The notes under the pieces are model-generated. The model was not told the origin of the DNA. It made no database searches and worked only from the letters and a program-made list of their open reading frames with translations. Positions 8,754 through 17,180 of a DNA stretch of 64,000 bases are shown in pieces. Source of the stretch: Patescibacteria group bacterium UBA926. GTDB taxonomy: Bacteria; Patescibacteriota; Doudnabacteria; UBA920. The DNA lies in assembly GCA_002293685.1 (NCBI GenBank), contig DBDS01000006.1, forward strand, positions 20,187-84,186, in the 5' to 3' direction. Numbering within the stretch: position 1 is the first letter of the stretch; each line of letters opens with the position of its first letter. The position numbers were made by a program, and so were the translations under genes.

Positions 8754-9398
8754 ATGAATAGAATACAACAGCAACTTTTAGACCTCATCGCTAATAACGA
8801 GAACTTGGGCAAATTAAGCCTTAGGAAGATAGCAGAGCTGGTCGGAGCCAAAAACAAGCCCCAGACAGCCAAATACCACCTCCAGCAGCTTGAAAAGGAC
8901 GGCTTGATCCAAATGAACCTAGAAGAGGGGGTCATAAAGCTGGTTAAGAAAGGGTTTAATAAGGCTAATATCAGCCCAATATATTCGGTTCCAGTGGTTG
9001 GAGCCGCTAATTGTGGACCAGCAACCATATTTGCCGAGCAGAATATTGAGCAGTACCTAAAGGTGTCCTCCAAGTTGCTCCCAAGAAATAAAAGCGGTCT
9101 TTACTCGATTGTCGCTGACGGTCCTTCGATGAATAAAGCAGAAGTCGAACCGGGCAAGACTATCGAAAGTGGAGACTTTGTTCTGGTTGATAGCGAATAC
9201 ACTAACTACAAAAATGGCGACATTGTGGTTGCGGTCATAGACGGAATGGCGACTATTAAGCGGTACAGGTATGACAAGACGCATAACCGTATTGTTCTCG
9301 AAGCTGATTCCACCGAAAAATATTTGCCAATCTTTATACACCAAGGTGACGATTTTCTCCTGAGTGGAAAAGTCGTCGGCATTATCAAAAATAATTAA
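8754..9398 (+). CDS. Phage cI/LexA-like repressor (wHTH plus S24 peptidase domain)
   Basis: N-terminal HTH (LRKIAELVGAKNKPQTAKYHLQQLEKDGLI). C-terminal S24 autopeptidase with Ser in GPSM and Lys in TIKRY. Confidence 0.8.
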   Translation: MNRIQQQLLDLIANNENLGKLSLRKIAELVGAKNKPQTAKYHLQQLEKDGLIQMNLEEGVIKLVKKGFNKANISPIYSVPVVGAANCGPATIFAEQNIEQYLKVSSKLLPRNKSGLYSIVADGPSMNKAEVEPGKTIESGDFVLVDSEYTNYKNGDIVVAVIDGMATIKRYRYDKTHNRIVLEADSTEKYLPIFIHQGDDFLLSGKVVGIIKNN

Positions 9399-9409
9399 GT
9401 ACTAAACTA

Positions 9410-9781
9410 ATGAAAAGAATATTTATAGCGTTTGCGATTGAAGATGTCCGATCTAGAGATTTTTTAGTTGGACAGGCAAAAAATGACAATTCACCATTTG
9501 AATTTGTGGACATGTCTGTAAAAAAACCTTGGGAAACAGACTGGGAAGCGAAATGTCGAGTAAAAATCAGAGGTTGTGATGGTATGATTGCGCTGATAAG
9601 CAAGTATACCCCGACTGCTACCGGAGAGTTATTCGAAATAACTACGGCAGAGGAAGAAAAAGTTCCTACTATGTTAATGTATTCAAGTAGTGATAGGCCA
9701 TCCTTACCTTACCCACTCAACAAAAGGCTTGTAAACATCTGGAGCTGGCCTAATATTAAGTCATTTCTTAATCGATTATAA
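9410..9781 (+). CDS. TIR-like domain protein (ThsB/DUF1863-like)
   Basis: The N-terminal MKRIFIAFAIEDVRSRDFL matches the ThsB/TIR-like signature (KRVFFSFHYQDV...). A flavodoxin-like alternating pattern and a conserved Glu (GELFEI) follow. The gene starts 11 nt after the repressor stop. Confidence 0.6.
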   Translation: MKRIFIAFAIEDVRSRDFLVGQAKNDNSPFEFVDMSVKKPWETDWEAKCRVKIRGCDGMIALISKYTPTATGELFEITTAEEEKVPTMLMYSSSDRPSLPYPLNKRLVNIWSWPNIKSFLNRL

Positions 9782-9782
9782 A

Positions 9783-10724
9783 ATGAGAAAAGCACTTGTA
9801 ATTGGAATTAATGATTATCCTGCCGCCCCATTGACTGGGTGCATTAACGATGCGTCTGCTTTTGCGAACACAATAGAAAAAAATGGAGACGGCTCTCCAA
9901 ATTTTTCAGTAAGACTGGAAACTGATGTACCTACCAAAGCCCAGCTTAAAACCATGATTAAAGAGTTGTTTGATGGTCCTAATGATATATCGTTGCTATA
10001 CTTCTCTGGACATGGTTTTTTAAACGAACTTGGCGGATATATTGTTACGCCGGATTATCAGGAGAATGACGAAGGGGTTTCAATGGATGAAATTTTGACT
10101 ATTGCAAATCAGTCAAAAGCAAAAGATAAAGTTATTATCCTAGACTGTTGTCACTCTGGCGTTTTTGGCTCACCTGCTTTATCAGGCAATGTTTCCGCTC
10201 AGATTTTTGAAGGCGTTGTAGTTTTAACAGCAAGTCGTCCGACCGAAAGCGCAATCGAAGTAAATGGTCACGGAATTTTTACAAATTTATTAATCGATGC
10301 ATTACAGGGAGGAGCTGCGGATCTACGAGGTCACATAACTCCTGGTAGTGTATACGCATATATTGATCAGGCATTAGGAGCTTGGGACCAGAGGCCTGTA
10401 TTTAAAACGAATGTGACTCGATTTACTTCTTTGCGTACTGTAACTCCGCAAGTTCCTACGGAGGTTCTTAGAAAAATAACTGAATACTTTCCTACTGCAG
10501 AGGAAGAGCATGCATTGGATCCTACATACGAATTTGATAATAAAGAAATAGCTATTCCTGAAAAAGTTGCCATAATGAAGGACTTGCAAAAATTTGTCAG
10601 TATAGGATTGGTAGTACCTGTTGGGGAAGAACATATGTACTATGCTGCGCAAAATTCTAAATCTTGCAAGTTGACTGCACTTGGCTATCACTATTGGCGT
10701 TTAGTTAAGGAAAATAAGCTTTAG
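9783..10724 (+). CDS. Caspase/metacaspase-like (peptidase C14) protease with an unknown C-terminal domain of about 130 aa
   Basis: KALVIGINDY...LTGCINDA start, catalytic His in YFSGHGF and catalytic Cys in ILDCCHSG. The ATG lies 2 nt after the TIR gene stop, indicating translational coupling. Confidence 0.8.
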   Translation: MRKALVIGINDYPAAPLTGCINDASAFANTIEKNGDGSPNFSVRLETDVPTKAQLKTMIKELFDGPNDISLLYFSGHGFLNELGGYIVTPDYQENDEGVSMDEILTIANQSKAKDKVIILDCCHSGVFGSPALSGNVSAQIFEGVVVLTASRPTESAIEVNGHGIFTNLLIDALQGGAADLRGHITPGSVYAYIDQALGAWDQRPVFKTNVTRFTSLRTVTPQVPTEVLRKITEYFPTAEEEHALDPTYEFDNKEIAIPEKVAIMKDLQKFVSIGLVVPVGEEHMYYAAQNSKSCKLTALGYHYWRLVKENKL

Positions 10725-10732
10725 AAAGAAAT

Positions 10733-10758
10733 ATAGTTACACGCCCGTGTAACTATAT
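10733..10758 (+). terminator. Perfect 12-bp palindrome (TATAGTTACACG cc CGTGTAACTATA) just after the caspase gene stop; terminator or protein-binding site
   Basis: Seen directly in the sequence, 9 nt after the stop codon. A T-run follows about 20 nt later. Confidence 0.4.
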
Positions 10759-10930
10759 AACCCTAATCTGTGTCACTTTTGTCATTTTTTGAAGGTGCTC
10801 GAGACCCGTCGATTCTGTTATAATAAAAACACTTAGAAAAGCCTTACAGGGCTTGACCGAACCACGGTTCTAGCTCGAAGAGGCCAGCCACAAGACTTTT
10901 TTATCGTGTGACCTAGATGGGTCAATAAAG

Positions 10931-10954
10931 ATCGCCTGATGGGCGATTTTTTTT
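10931..10954 (+). terminator. Rho-independent terminator (ATCGCC-TGAT-GGCGAT followed by T8)
   Basis: Canonical stem-loop plus U-tract. It ends an ORF-free ~170-nt stretch (10790-10954) that may be a small RNA. Confidence 0.55.
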
Positions 10955-11023
10955 GTTATTTCAATTTTTTCGAATGAGCGCAACTTTTAACTTAATCTCT
11001 GATAAAAATGGTATAATAAAATT

Positions 11024-12433
11024 ATGAGAATTATGAAGTACTTAGCATTATTTTTGCTATCCATATCTTTTAGTATCCCTCAACTAGCCGTTGCTGCTGA
11101 CCCACCAATTCTTCATCTGAAATTCGATGACGGAACTGGAACTGCACCGATTGATAGTAGTGCCAACAATGTCACCACTTCATTCACAGCCACACAACCA
11201 ACTTGGTCGGAAACCGTTGCTCCCGTGGCCTTTAGCAACCCTTATTCACTTGATTTTACAGGTTTAAATGATGGTGTGAACGTTGCTTGGCCAACTGAAT
11301 TAGATTTCGCCAGCACTGATCCGCGTACTTTTTCCTTTTGGTACAGGCCAACAGCTAATGGTGAAGGGCAGTATTCAAGAATTATCAGCTGGAGTAATGA
11401 CCGTTTGGAAATTGCAGGCACAGAAGCCGGACCAACCACACACAAGATTACATACTTTGACGGGAATTGGCACGCTACAGACATTACTTTAACTTTGAAT
11501 ACTTGGTATCACGTTACTTTCACTTATGATGGAACAACCGCTAAGTTTTATATTGGTGATGAGTTGCAAGACGAGCACCCATTAGCTGGCCGTTCATTAA
11601 GTGGAACATTAATGATTGGTAATAGAGTTCAAGATGGTAATGAAGGTATAAATGGACAGATTGATGACGTTCGGATTTATGATTATGCGCTCAACGAAAC
11701 TCAAGTAGCTAATCTTGCTGCTGGTTCAAATGACCCTGATTCTGCACCAGATACAACTCCACCGATTATCTCTTCTTTAACGGCAAACAGCATTACCAGC
11801 TCAGGAGCTACTATTACTTGGACTACTGATGACCCTTCTTCCACAAAAGTTATATACTCTATAGATACTTCCTACGGAAATTCCACCTCGGAAACTAACA
11901 CTGTTACTAGGGTGACTAGTCACTCTACCAACCTTACAGGTTTGTTAGCTTGCACGACTTATAATTATAAGGCCGTCTCGGTTAATGCGGCTAGTGGTTC
12001 AACTACATCTTCTGCTAGTAGTTTTACCACCACTGGCTGTGCTTCAAGAAGTAGCAGTGGTTCAATTGTGGCGAAATTCGTTTGTAAAGATGCCTCTGCG
12101 CTTAACTATTCTAACTTCGGTAGGCATAATCAGGATTTATGTAAGTATCAGACTGTCTCAACTTTGCTCATAACCCCAATAGCCAGTCCTGTAAGCATTG
12201 TTAGGAATTTATTCTATGGTGTAAGCGGGGAAGATGTTAAGAAGCTACAATCAGTACTTATCGGCGAAGGTTTTACTATCCCTGCTGGTGTAACTGGATT
12301 CTTCTATTCGCAGACTCAATCTGCTTTGCGTGAGTTTCAAAAAAAGCACGGTATTACTCCGTCCATCGGTTACTTTGGTCCTATTACTCGAGAAAAAATG
12401 AAGTCTTTGAACATTAATGGTCTTTGGTGGTGA
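11024..12433 (+). CDS. Secreted LamG-like (ConA-like lectin) plus fibronectin-III plus PG_binding_1 domain protein
   Basis: Signal peptide. LamG-like jelly-roll segment (SFWYRP...YHVTFTYDGTTAKFYIGD). Ser/Thr-rich FN3-like segment. C-terminal peptidoglycan-binding repeat (DVKKLQSVLIGEGF...FQKKHGITPSIGYFGPITREKM). Confidence 0.6.
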   Translation: MRIMKYLALFLLSISFSIPQLAVAADPPILHLKFDDGTGTAPIDSSANNVTTSFTATQPTWSETVAPVAFSNPYSLDFTGLNDGVNVAWPTELDFASTDPRTFSFWYRPTANGEGQYSRIISWSNDRLEIAGTEAGPTTHKITYFDGNWHATDITLTLNTWYHVTFTYDGTTAKFYIGDELQDEHPLAGRSLSGTLMIGNRVQDGNEGINGQIDDVRIYDYALNETQVANLAAGSNDPDSAPDTTPPIISSLTANSITSSGATITWTTDDPSSTKVIYSIDTSYGNSTSETNTVTRVTSHSTNLTGLLACTTYNYKAVSVNAASGSTTSSASSFTTTGCASRSSSGSIVAKFVCKDASALNYSNFGRHNQDLCKYQTVSTLLITPIASPVSIVRNLFYGVSGEDVKKLQSVLIGEGFTIPAGVTGFFYSQTQSALREFQKKHGITPSIGYFGPITREKMKSLNINGLWW

Positions 12434-12488
12434 GGTAAGCACTATATTTTGATTTCAGCAGGTTGTTCATCAAAGATTCCTGCTCATT

Positions 12489-12516
12489 CCTAGGTTCGAA
12501 TCCTAGTACCTTACCG
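12489..12516 (+). other. tRNA 3'-end fragment (T-arm CTAGG-TTCGAAT-CCTAG plus acceptor 3' strand); likely attachment-site remnant
   Basis: Perfect T-arm with a TTCGAAT loop followed by a 7-nt acceptor-like strand. No matching D-arm, anticodon arm or 5' acceptor strand upstream, so it is not a complete tRNA. Confidence 0.35.
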
Positions 12517-12593
12517 TATTAGGGTGCACTAATACCGTCATAACTGAGAAATATAAAATCGCCGAGCAGGCGGTTTTTTGTTATCATAAACAT

Positions 12594-12947
12594 ATGGACA
12601 AACATCGAATCTACAAAGTGTCTTTCGCGAGTGTGTACCCGTATTATATTGCGAAGGCTGAAAAGAAGGGACGCACCAAAGCAGAAGTCGACGAAATAAT
12701 TCGCTGGCTCACTGGGTATACTCAAAAAGCATTCGAAACTCAACTTAAAAAAGAAACTGATTTTGAAACCTTTTTCAAAAAAGCTCCCAAGAAAAATCCG
12801 AAACGCAAACTTATCAAAGGAGTAATTTGTGGTGTGCGAGTTGAAGAAATCCAAGAACCAATTATGAAAGAGATTCGATACCTTGATAAATTAGTCGATG
12901 AACTTGTAAAAGGTAAAACAATGGAAAAGATTTTTCGAGAAAGATAA
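12594..12947 (+). CDS. DUF2200-family protein
   Basis: The [18 protein letters not shown]...[22 protein letters not shown] pattern is recalled as the DUF2200 signature. Confidence 0.45.
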   Translation: MDKHRIYKVSFASVYPYYIAKAEKKGRTKAEVDEIIRWLTGYTQKAFETQLKKETDFETFFKKAPKKNPKRKLIKGVICGVRVEEIQEPIMKEIRYLDKLVDELVKGKTMEKIFRER

Positions 12948-12962
12948 AATTTATTTACTAAA

Positions 12963-13538
12963 ATGAAAAACAAACTCGATTTATATAATATCAATTCAAT
13001 CAGACCTTTCGTTAGAAATATACTTAAGTACAAAAAGTCTGGAAGTGTTTTGGATTTGGGAAGTGCCGCAGGTCGTCATTCTTTGTTTTTAGCAAAGAAA
13101 GGATTTACTGTTACCGCAGTTGAAATTAGTAGTGAGTTTACGGCCGCGCTAAAAGAAATAGTTCGATTGCAAAAACTTAAAGTCAAGGTAGTTATCGGTG
13201 ACGTAACTAAATTCACACCAAAAAAGAAATACGATGTAATAATCTCCACAATGGTCTTACATTTCCTACCTTATCAAATTCAGTCTAAGCAAATTGAATT
13301 AATGCAATCTAATACAAAACGCAATGGACTAAATGTAATTTCTTCATATTCAGATAAAAATAAAGATGGCATCAGACCTTATCCGCTGATGAAAGATAAG
13401 ATTAAGGATGCTTATGAAGGTGCAGGGTGGAAAATTTTACATCATCATGTGGGACGCGGCACTCATGTTATTGACCCCCGTACTGGAAAAAAGGGCTCAG
13501 GTTTTTGGAAAGAGGAATTGATCGCCCAGAAAGTTTAA
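12963..13538 (+). CDS. TehB-like class I SAM-dependent methyltransferase
   Basis: Motif I VLDLGSAAGRHSLFLAKKG. Overall similarity to tellurite-resistance methyltransferase TehB (ISTMVLHFL). Confidence 0.6.
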   Translation: MKNKLDLYNINSIRPFVRNILKYKKSGSVLDLGSAAGRHSLFLAKKGFTVTAVEISSEFTAALKEIVRLQKLKVKVVIGDVTKFTPKKKYDVIISTMVLHFLPYQIQSKQIELMQSNTKRNGLNVISSYSDKNKDGIRPYPLMKDKIKDAYEGAGWKILHHHVGRGTHVIDPRTGKKGSGFWKEELIAQKV

Positions 13539-13560
13539 TTTTTGTATAATTTAAATTATT

Positions 13561-13851
13561 ATGATGCTATTAAGCAACTACTTACGTATACTTCTCATAG
13601 TTGGAGCCATCTTACTTATCCCGTTATTTGGTAATCTGTTTATAGACGGCTGGAACTGGTCACCGATGGGTTTTGTTTTTGCGGGAGCATTATTATACAT
13701 CACAGGTTTAGTAATTGATTTTGCTAGAAGAAAAATCGCTAATCCCACTAACAGAATTATTGCTATAATATTGATAGTCTTGGCTTTTTTGGCGTTTTGG
13801 TCGGAGCTTGCTGTTGATGCTGTGTCCCAAACTCTTAAGATAATCTTTTAA
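13561..13851 (+). CDS. Small membrane protein
   Basis: Three hydrophobic helices. Confidence 0.4.
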   Translation: MMLLSNYLRILLIVGAILLIPLFGNLFIDGWNWSPMGFVFAGALLYITGLVIDFARRKIANPTNRIIAIILIVLAFLAFWSELAVDAVSQTLKIIF

Positions 13852-13871
13852 AAATAATTAACAAAAAACAT

Positions 13872-14312
13872 ATGGCACAAGTTAGTACGTATTTAAATTT
13901 CAATCGCAATTGCGAAGAAGCCTTTAATTTTTATAAATCAATCTTTGGGGGAGAGTTCGATGAACCAGGTTTTATGCGGTATGAAGGAGTTCCGGTTGAG
14001 GACGGTCAACCAGTACTTCCAGAAGATGAGAAAAACTTAGTAATGAACGTTGGTTTAAAAATTTTAGGCGATCATTTGATTATGGGGTCAGATGTTAGTG
14101 AGGCTATGGGTATGACCTATGTTCCCGGTAATCACATGTACATTACACTCCAGCCAGATTCTCGCGCTGAGTCAGACCGTTTGTTCGCGGCACTATCCGA
14201 AGGCGGTAAAGTTGAAATGCCAATGCAAGACATGTTTTGGGGAGATTATTATGGCTCCCTCACAGATAAATTTGGTATCGGTTGGATGATAAATTGTTCA
14301 AGCAAAGAATAA
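13872..14312 (+). CDS. VOC/glyoxalase-fold protein (PhnB-like)
   Basis: The N-terminal YLNFNRNCEEAFNFYKSIFGG is typical of PhnB/3-demethylubiquinone-methyltransferase-like VOC proteins. Confidence 0.6.
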   Translation: MAQVSTYLNFNRNCEEAFNFYKSIFGGEFDEPGFMRYEGVPVEDGQPVLPEDEKNLVMNVGLKILGDHLIMGSDVSEAMGMTYVPGNHMYITLQPDSRAESDRLFAALSEGGKVEMPMQDMFWGDYYGSLTDKFGIGWMINCSSKE

Positions 14313-14363
14313 ATTATAACCGTCTGTGGCTTTTCATAGGCGGTATATTGTTATGCTTAAATT

Positions 14364-15089
14364 ATGAAAAATAAACTATACAATGAGCTCGCAAAATACT
14401 ACGACCTTATATATTCAAACAAACCATATTCAGAAGATGTAAAATACCAAAACAGTCTAATTAAAAAATACAAGAAATCAAAAGGCAAAGATTTTTTGGA
14501 GGTAGCGTGCGGGACAGGACGCTATCTAGAGATTTATGAAAAAAAGTATGATTGTGTAGGAATCGATCTGAATGAAGGCATGCTCAGTGTTGCAAAAAAG
14601 AGAGTAAAGAAGGCCAAACTTTTGCAAGGGAACATGATTGATTTTAAATTGAATAAGCAGTTTGATGTCATAGTTTGCTTATTTAGTTCTATCGGTTATA
14701 TTCACAAGATTAGTGATTTGAACAAGACAGTTCAGAACTTTGCAGACCATCTTAAGCCAGGCGGTGTAATAATAATTTCTCCCTGGTTATCGAAGAAAGC
14801 TTATAAAGCCGGAACTGTTTATTTAGGAACATACAGAGATGAAAAAATCAGTCTCGCCAGAATGACAACTACTAAGCTAATCAAGAAGAATATTTCAGTT
14901 TTAAATTATAAGTGGATGATTGGTGAAAAAAATAAAGAGATTAGAATTATTGAAAATGACCGTCACGAATTAGCTATGCATGATAAGCAGGACTATCTAA
15001 AAGCATTTCAGAAGGCAGGACTAACAGGTAAATTCATACTCAATAATCCCGAGGGTCGAGGATTGTACGTGGCAACTAAAAAAAGCTAG
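14364..15089 (+). CDS. Class I SAM-dependent methyltransferase
   Basis: Motif I FLEVACGTGRY. Post-I acidic residue (GIDLNEGM). Motif II/III (VIVCLF). Confidence 0.65.
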   Translation: MKNKLYNELAKYYDLIYSNKPYSEDVKYQNSLIKKYKKSKGKDFLEVACGTGRYLEIYEKKYDCVGIDLNEGMLSVAKKRVKKAKLLQGNMIDFKLNKQFDVIVCLFSSIGYIHKISDLNKTVQNFADHLKPGGVIIISPWLSKKAYKAGTVYLGTYRDEKISLARMTTTKLIKKNISVLNYKWMIGEKNKEIRIIENDRHELAMHDKQDYLKAFQKAGLTGKFILNNPEGRGLYVATKKS

Positions 15090-15159
15090 AACAGCTTCCC
15101 GTGATTATGGGGAGGTTTTTATATGATATAATTACAGATATCATTATTTTAACCATTTT

Positions 15160-15771
15160 ATGAAAAATCTTCATGAAGCTTTAGAGCGTTATCGTGCAGT
15201 GGCAATCTTTGTTGCTTTAGTTGCTTTGGTCTCAGTGTTATTTATCTCAATTTGTTATTCGGCAAGAACTGTTTTCCGTCAGCAAGCTAATGACCCTCAA
15301 ATTGAAGTCACAGAACAAGTAGCGGGAATTGTCCGCCAGGGCGTACCAATCGATGCAATCGTTAGTAGCGCAGAACAAATTGACTTGAACTCTAGCAAGG
15401 CATTGTTCGTGATGATTTTCGACAACGAGCGATCTTTGGCTGGATCTTCTGCACAACTTAATGGAGAAGCTCCTTCAGTTCCTTCTGAAGTGTTCGATAA
15501 AACAAACGAGATGGGTGAGTATCGATTTGATTTCGAACCATCTGAAAGCTTAAAGTTCGCTGGAGTAATGAAGAAAATTGATGATAGCGCTTACGTATTA
15601 GCGGGTCGTTCACTTTCTGAGATGGAAACTAGGGCAGCTGCTCTCGAACAACCATTATGGATTGGTTGGATAATTTCAGTGTTACTATCTTTATTACTTA
15701 CTGCATTACTTAGACCAAGCACAAACATCGCAATTGTAGAAGAAACAAATGTGACTGTAATCGAAGATTAA
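15160..15771 (+). CDS. Hypothetical membrane-anchored protein
   Basis: N-terminal TM helix and a second C-terminal TM helix. No recognisable domain. Confidence 0.4.
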   Translation: MKNLHEALERYRAVAIFVALVALVSVLFISICYSARTVFRQQANDPQIEVTEQVAGIVRQGVPIDAIVSSAEQIDLNSSKALFVMIFDNERSLAGSSAQLNGEAPSVPSEVFDKTNEMGEYRFDFEPSESLKFAGVMKKIDDSAYVLAGRSLSEMETRAAALEQPLWIGWIISVLLSLLLTALLRPSTNIAIVEETNVTVIED

Positions 15772-15789
15772 AGTTAACTTTCATTTCGC

Positions 15790-16251
15790 ATGACAAAACG
15801 GCGACTTCGAATCATTGAGTTCTTAATCATCGGAATTGGTCTCGGTGTGTTTGAAGATTTACTAGCTATTGTTTTAGCTACAGACGCAACAATCAATTTT
15901 CAAATATTATTGGGTGTTGTTGCCGTAGCTGTACCGTTTGCGTTTATAAGTGAAGTGATTGTGGATCACCCAAAATTTTGGGAGAAGATAATCCCGGGTC
16001 TAGCTAGACGAAACGAAGACGCTGTTTCAAAAAAGCGATTGCGAATCCTTGAATTTCTTGTTGTAGGTATTGGTATGGGAATCACGGAAGATTTACTAGC
16101 TGTTCATTTAGCAACAGGCACAAGTCTTAGTGCCGACGTTCTAATTATAGTAGTCGCAGTTGCAATTCCGTTTGCGTTCATTAGCGAGATGGTTGTTGAT
16201 CATCCACGTTTTTGGCAAAATATCTTTCCGAAGCTTAAAAAAATTGCATAA
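15790..16251 (+). CDS. Membrane protein made of two tandem ~70-aa repeats
   Basis: KRRLRIIEFLIIGIGLGVFEDLLAIVLAT...FAFISEVIVDHPKFW is repeated as KKRLRILEFLVVGIGMGITEDLLAVHLAT...FAFISEMVVDHPRFW. Confidence 0.5.
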   Translation: MTKRRLRIIEFLIIGIGLGVFEDLLAIVLATDATINFQILLGVVAVAVPFAFISEVIVDHPKFWEKIIPGLARRNEDAVSKKRLRILEFLVVGIGMGITEDLLAVHLATGTSLSADVLIIVVAVAIPFAFISEMVVDHPRFWQNIFPKLKKIA

Positions 16252-16355
16252 TCCTTTTCTGTCATCCCCGGACCTCTAAATATTTATTTATGTCATCCCC
16301 GGCGCCGTAGGCAACCGGGGATCTTTCATAAAACAAAAGATCCCGGATAGCCCTT

Positions 16356-16503
16356 CGGGCTTCCGGGATGACATTTGTGTGTGTCGGGCTTCCGGGATGA
16401 CATTTGTGTGTGTCGGGCTTCCGGGATGACATTTGTGTGTGTCGGGCTTCATCCCTTCGTTCGTCGTTGGTTGACTTCGGAGGGCTTCCGGGATGACATT
16501 TGT
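16356..16503. repeat. Tandem 29-bp direct repeat (CGGGCTTCCGGGATGACATTTGTGTGTGT), 3 full copies plus 1 degenerate copy; not CRISPR
   Basis: Units at 16356-16384, 16385-16413 and 16414-16442 are contiguous with no spacers. A partial copy lies at 16482-16503. Inverted partial copies (TGTCATCCCCGG) sit at 16257 and 16293. Confidence 0.8.
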
Positions 16504-16536
16504 ATTATTTGCGGAATTGCAAATCGGTGTTTTAGT

Positions 16537-17049
16537 TTATTCTTCTGAATGAGCTGCGCGAGTTTTTTCGATATATTCTAGTGCTTTATCTGCGCCTTCG
16601 AATTCTCCAACTGTGACTTCCTTATTTTGTAAGAGCTTGTAGGTCTCAAAGAAATTCTTGATTTCTTTAGGGGAGTGTTCTGGTAGTTCACTCATTGATT
16701 TCACATGCTCGAATCGTGGGTCTTCAGTTGGGACAGCAAGTACTTTGTTGTCGATTTCACCACCGTCATTCATGTTCATGAAACCGATTGCGCGAGCTTC
16801 AACAACTGAACCCGGGTGAATCGGATTGGTAGAGAATAACAACACATCTGTGTGGTCGCCATCGTCCGCGCGAGTTTCTGGAATAAATCCATAGTTAGCA
16901 GGGAAGCGTTGTGCTGAATAGAGTACGCGGTCTAGTTTGATAACATCAAGCTCTTCATCGTATTCGTACTTATCTTGACTACCTTGTGAAATTTCGATAA
17001 TCACATTAAATTTTTCTGGTTTACCAAACGGTACATTTTTTAAACCCAT
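16537..17049 (-). CDS. ppa: Inorganic pyrophosphatase (family I)
   Basis: Conserved Asp/Glu cluster (EISQGSQDKYEYDEE; DGDHTDVL) of soluble PPase. Confidence 0.9.
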   Translation of the reverse strand: MGLKNVPFGKPEKFNVIIEISQGSQDKYEYDEELDVIKLDRVLYSAQRFPANYGFIPETRADDGDHTDVLLFSTNPIHPGSVVEARAIGFMNMNDGGEIDNKVLAVPTEDPRFEHVKSMSELPEHSPKEIKNFFETYKLLQNKEVTVGEFEGADKALEYIEKTRAAHSEE

Positions 17050-17180
17050 ATTACTCCTAAGTCCAAATTGGACATCACTGATTATGCGCTAATTATACTG
17101 AGGAAATGAGTGATAAGCAAGAGCAGTGTTCTCCACCAAGATAAGGGATGGCTTGTGCTTAAGTTTGCTATAATTCAGTT

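Larger units (their letters stand above)
3290..12520. mobile_element. Degraded prophage or phage-satellite-like integrated island; boundaries approximate
   Basis: Contains a large serine recombinase, terminase large subunit, HTH/terS-like gene, ParB-MTase fusion, cI-like S24 repressor and a candidate defense module, but no capsid or tail genes. A tRNA 3'-end fragment lies at 12489-12516 and an inverted repeat at 3334-3376 beside the recombinase. Confidence 0.45.

Noticed and set aside
9410-10724. Thoeris (ThsA/ThsB) assignment
   Set aside because: The TIR protein is ThsB-like, but no SIR2/SLOG or Macro-domain ThsA gene is adjacent and the partner is a caspase-like protease. It is therefore not classified as canonical Thoeris.
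12434-12516. A complete tRNA gene after the LamG-domain gene
   Set aside because: Only the T-arm and 3' acceptor strand are present. The upstream sequence gives no D-arm, a 16-nt loop where the anticodon arm should be, and no complementary 5' acceptor strand. It is treated as a fragment.
16356-16503. Possible CRISPR array, here and at 48211-48330
   Set aside because: The repeat units are contiguous with no unique spacers between them, and no cas genes lie nearby. They are tandem direct repeats, not CRISPR.
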